The position numbers were made by a program, and so were the translations under genes. The notes under the pieces were generated by a model. It saw only the letters and a program-made list of their open reading frames with translations, searched no databases and was not told the DNA's origin. Positions 57,397 through 64,000 of a stretch of DNA of 64,000 nt are shown piece after piece; the stretch's first letter is position 1, and the number at the start of each line of letters is the position of its first letter. This stretch comes from Collinsella sp. (GTDB taxonomy: Bacteria > Actinomycetota > Coriobacteriia > Coriobacteriales > Coriobacteriaceae): positions 5,526-69,525 of the forward strand of contig DXZZ01000002.1 in NCBI GenBank assembly GCA_019419425.1, in the 5' to 3' direction.

Positions 57397-57969
57397 GTGT
57401 TTGGTATTGGAGAGGGTGAGCTGGCAATCATCGTGGTCTTCGGCTTTTTGCTGTTTGGCCCGGATAAGCTCCCGCAGATGGGCCGCACGATCGGCCGTGC
57501 CATCCGTCAGTTCCGCGAGACGCAGGAAAAGATGACGGCCGTTGTTCAGTCCGAGATTATCGATCCGGTGAGCGAGGCCGCGTCGGCCCCGGTCAAGCCC
57601 AAGAAGACTGCTGCGACCGACGACGATTCCGATGCGGACGAGGATGCCGCCGAGACGGCAGCGCCCGCCAAGAAGGAGACCTTTGCCGAGCGTCGCGCCC
57701 GTCTTGCTGCCGAGAAGGCCGCAAGCGAGGGTGCTGCTGAGGGCGAAGGCGCTGTTGATGAGGCCGAGGGTACAGAGCCTGCTGCTGCCGTCGAGCCCGA
57801 GCCTGCTGCAGAGCCCGAGCCCGAGCCGGCAGAGCCCACGACGGCTGACCTCTACGCCCGTCGTCCCCGCAAGCGCAAGGCCGTCGTCGACCAGCTCGCT
57901 CGCGAGCTCGAGGTCGAGGACGATGCCGAGGCTGCTGCCGCCGACGCCCCGAAGGGAGGCGATGAGTAA
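57397..57969 (+). CDS. twin-arginine translocase TatA/TatB subunit
   Basis: MFGIGEGEL..LLFGPDKLPQMGRTIGRAIRQFR; acidic tail. Confidence 0.9.
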   Translation: MFGIGEGELAIIVVFGFLLFGPDKLPQMGRTIGRAIRQFRETQEKMTAVVQSEIIDPVSEAASAPVKPKKTAATDDDSDADEDAAETAAPAKKETFAERRARLAAEKAASEGAAEGEGAVDEAEGTEPAAAVEPEPAAEPEPEPAEPTTADLYARRPRKRKAVVDQLARELEVEDDAEAAAADAPKGGDE

Positions 57970-58760
57970 TGCCGATCGGACCTGCGCGCATGCCGCTCTT
58001 CGATCACCTGGGAGAGCTCCGTCGCCGCCTGACCATCGTGGTCGTTTCGGTGTTTGCCGCCGCCATCGTGCTGTACTTTGCCACGCCCGTGGTGCTCGAT
58101 ATTCTTGAGGACCCCATCCGCTCCTTTGTGCCGGACGGTAAGTTTTACATCACCACCACGCTCGGCGGCTTTGGCCTGCGCTTCTCGCTTGCCATCAAGA
58201 TGGCCGTGGTCATGTGCACGCCCATGATCATCTGGCAGATTCTGGCATTTTTCCTGCCGGCACTGCGCCCCAACGAGCGCAAGTGGGTTGTGCCCACGGT
58301 GCTCGCCTCGACGGTGCTGTTCTTCCTGGGTGCCATCTTCTGCTACTTCATCATCATCCCGGCGGGCTTTGAGTGGCTCATCGGCGAGACCTCGGCTGTC
58401 GCTACGGCGTTGCCCGATCTGGAGAACTACGTCAACATGGAGCTGCTCTTTATGATCGGCTTTGGTGTGGCGTTTGAGCTGCCGCTCATCATCTTCTACC
58501 TGTCCGTCTTCCACATCGTGTCCTACGCTGCTTTCCGCAGTGCCTGGCGTTATGTATACGTTGGCCTGCTTGTGGGCTCGGCTGTGATTACGCCCGACGG
58601 CTCGCCCGTTACGCTGGGCCTCATGTATGGCGCCCTGCTCTCGCTCTACGAGATTTCGCTCGCCATCGCCCGCGTGGTCATTACCGCGCGCGAGGGCAAG
58701 GAGGGCTTGTTTGTGAGCCGTCTGGACCTGTTCTCGGACGACGAGGACGACGAGGAGTAA
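57969..58760 (+). CDS. tatC: twin-arginine translocase TatC
   Basis: MPLFDHLGELRRRL, PALRPNE, FELP, ITPD, LYE. Confidence 0.95.
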   Translation: MPIGPARMPLFDHLGELRRRLTIVVVSVFAAAIVLYFATPVVLDILEDPIRSFVPDGKFYITTTLGGFGLRFSLAIKMAVVMCTPMIIWQILAFFLPALRPNERKWVVPTVLASTVLFFLGAIFCYFIIIPAGFEWLIGETSAVATALPDLENYVNMELLFMIGFGVAFELPLIIFYLSVFHIVSYAAFRSAWRYVYVGLLVGSAVITPDGSPVTLGLMYGALLSLYEISLAIARVVITAREGKEGLFVSRLDLFSDDEDDEE

Positions 58761-58766
58761 ATCGGT

Positions 58767-59123
58767 ATGCACGAGGTTGGCATTGTCAACGGCATACTCG
58801 ATACAGTGATTCGCGCGGCGCGTGGGGCGGGGGCCTCGCGCGCCGTTTTGGTAACGCTGCGTATCGGGGATATGACCGAGGTCGTGCGCGAGGCGCTCGA
58901 CTTTGCGTGGGGGACGTTTCGCGACGAGGACCCGCTCACGCGCGGCTGCGAGCTTGCCGTGGAGGAGGTCCATCCACAAAGCGAGTGTCTGGACTGCGGT
59001 GAGGTCTTTGAGCACGACCGTTTCCATTGCCGTTGTCCCCAATGTGGCGGTGCCAACGTGCGTCTGCTGCATGGCCGCGAACTCGACATCGCAAGTATCG
59101 AGATCGAGACCCCCGACGATTAG
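58767..59123 (+). CDS. hypA: hydrogenase maturation nickel metallochaperone
   Basis: MHE start, CLDC...CPQC, GREL. Confidence 0.93.
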   Translation: MHEVGIVNGILDTVIRAARGAGASRAVLVTLRIGDMTEVVREALDFAWGTFRDEDPLTRGCELAVEEVHPQSECLDCGEVFEHDRFHCRCPQCGGANVRLLHGRELDIASIEIETPDD

Positions 59124-59178
59124 CACGCTCGCCATCTAGCGATGGGGTATAAAAGGGCCAAAGTAAGGAGCGCTAAGT

Positions 59179-59862
59179 ATGGCCGAGAAAACGATTGATA
59201 TCGCGTCGCCGATTCTGTCGCGCAACGAGCGCCTGGCAGATCAGCTGCGTCAGCGGTTTGAGCAGACGAACACCTACGTGATCAATGTGCTGTCGAGCCC
59301 TGGCTCGGGTAAGACCACCACGATTCTGGGCACCAACGAGCGCCTGCGTGACAAAGCCAGCCTGCGCTGTGCCGTTATCGAGGGCGATATCGCCTCGGAC
59401 GTCGACGCCATCACCATGAAGGAAGCCGGCATGCCCGCCATCCAGATCAACACGGGCGGCCTGTGCCATCTCGAGGGCAACATGATCATGGAGGCCGTCG
59501 ACGCCTTCGACCAGGCCGTCGGTCTGGAGAACATCGACGTCATCTTTATCGAAAATGTGGGTAACCTGGTCTGCCCGGTCGACTTTGACCTGGGCGAGAA
59601 CCTGTCCATCATGATCCTCTCGGTGCCCGAGGGCGACGACAAGCCCATCAAGTACCCGGGCATCTTCCAGCACGCCGGCGCGCAGCTGCTCAATAAGGTC
59701 GACGTGGCCCCGGCTTTCGATTTTGACATGGATAGGTATACTAAGACACTCGATGACCTCAATCCGCAGGCGCCGCGGTTTGCCGTGAGCGCGCGCAAGG
59801 GCGAGGGCATGGATGCCTGGTGCGATTGGCTCATCGGGCAGATTGAGCAAGCAAGGGCGTAA
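59179..59862 (+). CDS. hypB: hydrogenase nickel incorporation GTPase
   Basis: SSPGSGKTT, GGLCHL, ENVGNLVCP, EGDDKP, NKVD. Confidence 0.95.
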   Translation: MAEKTIDIASPILSRNERLADQLRQRFEQTNTYVINVLSSPGSGKTTTILGTNERLRDKASLRCAVIEGDIASDVDAITMKEAGMPAIQINTGGLCHLEGNMIMEAVDAFDQAVGLENIDVIFIENVGNLVCPVDFDLGENLSIMILSVPEGDDKPIKYPGIFQHAGAQLLNKVDVAPAFDFDMDRYTKTLDDLNPQAPRFAVSARKGEGMDAWCDWLIGQIEQARA

Positions 59863-59916
59863 GTCGGCCGCCAAGAGGGCGGGCGCAGCCGCAGACACAC
59901 GAGATAGGAGCCTCTT

Positions 59917-62508
59917 TTGAAGCTCATCATCGCTGAGAAAAACGACGCCGCGCGTCAGATCGCCGAGCGTCTGTCCACGGGCAAGCCCAAAAAGGACAAG
60001 GTGTACAACACCGCTATCTACCGTTTTGAGTGGAAGGGCGAGGAGTGCGTGACGATCGGCCTTGCCGGTCACATCCTGGCACCCGATTTTTGCGACAGTG
60101 TGCTGTTCGATAAAAAGTTGGGCTGGTATTCGGTCACGGAGGACGGCGAAATGCTGCCGGCCGATATGCCCGATGGCCTGGCCCGCCCGCCGTACGACAC
60201 CAAGCGCAAGCCGTTCCTTGCCGATGGCATTTCCATCAAGGGCTGGAAGCTCGAGAGCCTGCCCTATCTCACCTGGGCGCCCGTCATTAAGCTTCCGGCC
60301 GAGAAAGAGCTCATCCGCTCGCTTAAGAACCTCGCCAAAAAGTCCGACAGCGTCATCATCGCCACGGACTTCGATCGCGAGGGCGAGCTGATCGGTTCGG
60401 ACGCCCTCAACAAGGTGCGCGAGGTGGCGCCCGACTTGCCGGTCGCCCGCGCCCAGTATTCTTCGTTTACCAAGGCCGAGATCACGCAGGCCTTCGATAA
60501 CCTTGTCTCGCTCGACCAGAACCTGGCCGACGCCGGCGAGAGCCGTCAGCACATCGACCTCATTTGGGGTGCGGTGCTCACGCGCTACCTGACGCTCGCC
60601 AAGTTTGGCGGCTTTGGCAACGTGCGTTCCGCCGGCCGCGTGCAGACGCCGACGCTTGCCCTGGTGGTCGAGCGCGAGCGCGAGCGCATGGCGTTTGTAC
60701 CCGAGGACTATTGGCAGATTCGCGGCATGGGCGCCGCGCAAGGCGCTGCCGAGGACGATCGCTTTAAGATCGCGCACAAGACGGCGCGCTTTACCGACAA
60801 GGATGCTGCTGAGACGGCGTACGGTCACGTTGACGGCGCTACGACGGCAACCGTCGCCGCGGTGACCAAGCGCTCGCGTAAGCAGCAGCCGCCCACGCCG
60901 TTTGCGACGACCTCGCTGCAGGCTGCCGCCGCGGCCGAGGGCATCTCACCTGCGCGTACCATGCGCATCGCCGAGTCCCTCTACATGGCCGGTCTCATCA
61001 GCTACCCGCGTGTCGATAACACCGTGTATCCCGCGACGCTCGATCTGGGCGCCGTGGTGAGCGACCTGGCAAAGATCAACCCGGCGCTGGCGCCCGTGTG
61101 CAAAAAGGTGCTCGCCGGCCCCATGAAGCCCACGCGCGGCAAGGTCGAGACCACCGACCACCCGCCTATCTACCCCACGGGCGAGGGCGACCCGTCCACG
61201 CTCGACGGCGGCCAGCGCAAACTCTATGACCTCGTCGCCCGTCGCTTCCTGGCAACGCTCATGGGGCCCGCGACCATCGAGAACACCAAGCTCGAGCTCG
61301 ACGTCAACGGCGAGCCGTTCGTGGCTTCGGGCGACGTGCTCGTGACCCCGGGCTTCCGCGAGGCATATCCGTACGGCCTCAAGCGCGACGAGCAGATGCC
61401 GCCGCTTGAGCAGGGCGACACGGTCGACGTGCTCGACATTAAGCTCGAGGCCAAGCAGACCGAGCCGCCCGCGCGCTACAGCCAGGGCAAGCTCGTGCAG
61501 GAGATGGAAAAGCGCGGCCTGGGCACCAAGTCCACGCGCGCGAGCATCATCGAGCGCCTGTATGCCGTGCGCTATCTCAAAAATGATCCCGTTGAGCCGA
61601 GCCAGCTGGGCATCGCCATCATCGACGCGCTGTCGCAGTTTGCCCCGCGCATCACGAGCCCCGATATGACCAGCGAGCTCGACGGCGACATGACCCGCGT
61701 GGAGCGCGGCGAGGATACCGAAGAGCATGTCGTGACGCACTCGCGCGCGCTGCTGGCCGGCGTGCTCGACGAGCTGCTCAAGCATACGCAGGAGCTGGGC
61801 GACGCCATCAGCGACGCCGTCACGGCCGATGCGCGCGTGGGCGCCTGCCCCAAGTGCGGCAAGGACCTGGTTATGAAGACGAGCGCCAAGACCCGCGGCA
61901 GCTTTATCGGCTGCATGGGTTGGCCCGACTGCGACGTGACCTATCCGGTGCCGAGTGGCGTCAAGGTGAGCCCGCTCGAGGGCGAGGCCGCCGTGTGCCC
62001 CGAGTGCGGCGCGCCGCGCATCAAGTGCCAGCCATTCCGCCAGAAGGCCTTCGAGATCTGCGTGAACCCCACGTGCCCCACCAACTACGAGCCCGATCTT
62101 AAGGTGGGCGAGTGCAAGGTGTGTGCCGAGGCCGGACGTCACGGCGACCTGATCGCGCACAAGAGCGAGAAGAGCGGCAAGCGCTTTATCCGCTGCACCA
62201 ACTACGATGACTGCGGCGTGAGCTATCCGCTGCCGGCGCGCGGCAAGCTCGAGGCGACGGGCGAGACCTGCCCCGAGTGCGGCGCCCCCATCGTGGTGGT
62301 CAACACGGCGCGCGGTCCGTGGCGTATCTGCGTCAACATGGACTGCCCGACCAAGGAGAAGAAGCCCGCCCGCGGTCGCAAGACCACGACTAAGGCGAGC
62401 ACGGCCAAGAAGACGACGGCGGCAAAGAAGACTGCTGCCAAGAAGACGACCGCCAAAAAGACGACGGCCAAGAAGTCGACTACCAAAAAGACCGCTGCCG
62501 ACAAGTAG
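59917..62508 (+). CDS. topA: DNA topoisomerase I (type IA)
   Basis: TOPRIM IAEK..ATDFDREGE, SAGRVQTP, ISYPR, GLGT..TR; C4 zinc ribbons; Lys/Thr/Ala-rich tail. Confidence 0.93.
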   Translation: MKLIIAEKNDAARQIAERLSTGKPKKDKVYNTAIYRFEWKGEECVTIGLAGHILAPDFCDSVLFDKKLGWYSVTEDGEMLPADMPDGLARPPYDTKRKPFLADGISIKGWKLESLPYLTWAPVIKLPAEKELIRSLKNLAKKSDSVIIATDFDREGELIGSDALNKVREVAPDLPVARAQYSSFTKAEITQAFDNLVSLDQNLADAGESRQHIDLIWGAVLTRYLTLAKFGGFGNVRSAGRVQTPTLALVVERERERMAFVPEDYWQIRGMGAAQGAAEDDRFKIAHKTARFTDKDAAETAYGHVDGATTATVAAVTKRSRKQQPPTPFATTSLQAAAAAEGISPARTMRIAESLYMAGLISYPRVDNTVYPATLDLGAVVSDLAKINPALAPVCKKVLAGPMKPTRGKVETTDHPPIYPTGEGDPSTLDGGQRKLYDLVARRFLATLMGPATIENTKLELDVNGEPFVASGDVLVTPGFREAYPYGLKRDEQMPPLEQGDTVDVLDIKLEAKQTEPPARYSQGKLVQEMEKRGLGTKSTRASIIERLYAVRYLKNDPVEPSQLGIAIIDALSQFAPRITSPDMTSELDGDMTRVERGEDTEEHVVTHSRALLAGVLDELLKHTQELGDAISDAVTADARVGACPKCGKDLVMKTSAKTRGSFIGCMGWPDCDVTYPVPSGVKVSPLEGEAAVCPECGAPRIKCQPFRQKAFEICVNPTCPTNYEPDLKVGECKVCAEAGRHGDLIAHKSEKSGKRFIRCTNYDDCGVSYPLPARGKLEATGETCPECGAPIVVVNTARGPWRICVNMDCPTKEKKPARGRKTTTKASTAKKTTAAKKTAAKKTTAKKTTAKKSTTKKTAADK

Positions 62509-62535
62509 CCGCACGGTCGAAGCATCACCTAAAAC

Positions 62536-62574
62536 AAAAACGAGCGAGGACCTCAAAATCCTCGCTCGTTTTTT
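62536..62574. terminator. bidirectional intrinsic terminator
   Basis: AAAAA-CGAGCGAGGA-loop-TCCTCGCTCG-TTTTTT. Confidence 0.85.
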
Positions 62575-62576
62575 AT

Positions 62577-62634
62577 CCGGCAGTTAGGGACGTTCCTTTT
62601 CTGCCGGCAGTTTAGGAACGTCCCTAACTGCCGG
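62577..62634. repeat. REP-like inverted pair
   Basis: 21-bp perfect inverted repeat CCGGCAGTTAGGGACGTTCCT / AGGAACGTCCCTAACTGCCGG. Confidence 0.8.
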
Positions 62635-62652
62635 CTCGGGAACGACAAAGCG

Positions 62653-63636
62653 CTAGTTCACCTCGACAGGCTTGGCGCCGGGGTAGCGCTCCTCAAAGTC
62701 TAGGCGGTACTTATTGTCATTGGTGCCCGCCACGTTGTCGCGCGACAGCGGCGCCACGATCTCATTCTTGTGATCCGCAGGCTTGGTGTATTTCAGGCTG
62801 ATCTCCCAGGCATCACAGATTGCGTCAATGCGGTGATCCAGGTCATCGTACAGGGCGATGATGTCCTTCCAGGAGCTGTAGTTCTTAGAGCTCGTCGGGA
62901 CGTCCAGGTCCTCGACGATGTCGTAATACTGCTCGATGGTGTCCTCCGTGCGCTCGGCGACGTCGGCGAGATTTTGACGGGCGGTTCGATCCTCTTCCAG
63001 ATAGCTGCCGTTGAAGTTCTGCGCGCAGCCACGGACGTAGTTGTCGAGGTCTTCGAGCAAGTCGTAGTATTCGCTCAGACGACGGTAGAGGTTCTGCTCG
63101 GAGAGCGTTGCTTCGCCGCCATCCTCGTCGTCATCGTCGTCATCGTCGTACAGGCTGTTGGGATCGCCGAGAGGCTTTAGGTCATCTTCGTCGACGTCAT
63201 GGTGCAGCTTAGCTACCTCGGCAGCCGTCTGCGTGGCGGCGTTGTCGAAAGGTCTGATTGCAAAGAAGATGACCAGGGCGATGATGATCGCCACCAGCAC
63301 AACGATAACGGCGATAAGCGGCCCGGTGCCGCTCTTTTTGGGAGCGGGGGTCTGTGGCGAAGCGGGCGCGTATGCGGGAGCCGGCTGCTGTTGGGGCGAG
63401 CCGCTCGCGACGGGTATGCGCTGCGTGGTCTCGACGGCCGCGGGGCTTGCGGCGGGGTCGGGGCTATAGGCGAGGGGGTCGTCCGCCTTGGCTTGCGGCG
63501 TATCAAGGGAGCCGGTCTGCTCAAAAGCGGGCTGGCTATCGCTCGCGGCTGTTTGCTCAACGGGTGCACCGCACGAGGTGCAGAACTTGGCATCATCTGC
63601 AAGAAGCTTGCCGCACGAGGCGCAATACCGAGACAT
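62653..63636 (-). CDS. zinc-ribbon domain membrane protein
   Basis: YCASCG....AKFCTSCG, Pro-rich linker, one TM segment. Confidence 0.85.
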   Translation of the reverse strand: MSRYCASCGKLLADDAKFCTSCGAPVEQTAASDSQPAFEQTGSLDTPQAKADDPLAYSPDPAASPAAVETTQRIPVASGSPQQQPAPAYAPASPQTPAPKKSGTGPLIAVIVVLVAIIIALVIFFAIRPFDNAATQTAAEVAKLHHDVDEDDLKPLGDPNSLYDDDDDDDEDGGEATLSEQNLYRRLSEYYDLLEDLDNYVRGCAQNFNGSYLEEDRTARQNLADVAERTEDTIEQYYDIVEDLDVPTSSKNYSSWKDIIALYDDLDHRIDAICDAWEISLKYTKPADHKNEIVAPLSRDNVAGTNDNKYRLDFEERYPGAKPVEVN

Positions 63637-63875
63637 TGCCACTCCTTTCGCCACATTTCAATGCAATACGATGATTATACCCAGCATCCAAAATTCCCCA
63701 TCATAAGTTGCGGTGAAATAGGGACTGTTTGGCGGTCTCAGAGCTTCAATCAGTCCCTATTTCACCGCAACTTTGGAAAGGCGCCTTTAGCCATTGGGGA
63801 CGCGCCGAGCACTGGGGTATCATGGCTTGGTTGATATATCTGCATTTACGCGCCTTGTAGGAAGGGGCTGCGCCC

Positions 63876-64000
63876 ATGGCTTTTGAGCCCGCTCAACATA
63901 GCTTCATTACGCTCGAGGGCGTCGATGGCGCCGGCAAGTCCACGCAGACGCGCCTGCTTGCCCGCGCGCTTGACCTTGCCGGTTACCAGGTCGTGGCCCT
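63876..64000 (+). CDS. tmk: thymidylate kinase (5' part, runs off window)
   Basis: My translation: [24 protein letters not shown]. Confidence 0.88.
   Translation, partial: MAFEPAQHSFITLEGVDGAGKSTQTRLLARALDLAGYQVVA

Noticed and set aside
62370..62508. AKKT repeats at the topA 3' end as a novel repeat
   Set aside because: Lysine-rich C-terminal repeats are a known feature of actinobacterial TopA
1990..62556. Many long antisense or alternate-frame ORFs (e.g. 1990..3486, 27305..28522, 35374..36753, 52209..54341, 59173..60828, 60946..62556)
   Set aside because: Shadow ORFs of well-supported genes in high-GC DNA; no motifs

Overview
High-GC Actinomycetota DNA. Gene content and style suggest Coriobacteriia, probably Collinsella (an inference). 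The window has two parts. (1) About 1-30.2 kb is the right part of an accessory, probably conjugative/integrative island; no integrase, relaxase or att site is visible. It carries a degenerate type I R-M-like gene, a VirD4/TraG coupling protein next to a ClpP, and an HpaII-like (CCGG) type II R-M pair whose methyltransferase ends in an A9 tract. It also has two tandem copies (plus a short remnant of a third) of an unrecognised three-gene module: large Cys-cluster protein / small protein ending in DIAC / membrane protein. Further on are an HsdS-like remnant, a DdmDE-like helicase-nuclease plus Argonaute-like pair, a sortase-anchored coiled-coil CAP protein, three tandem metallophosphoesterases and a DUF1778/GNAT toxin-antitoxin pair. 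(2) About 30.2-64 kb is ordinary chromosome: gluQ, DUF2207, purH, a BceRS-like two-component system, usp, uppP, pcrA, a gmu-like beta-glycoside PTS cluster, ppaC, nhaA, an aminotransferase, STAS, tatA/B-tatC, hypAB, topA and tmk. Its intergenic spaces hold REP-like palindromes and two 230-bp MITE-like elements. All family assignments come from motif recognition by eye, without database searches.
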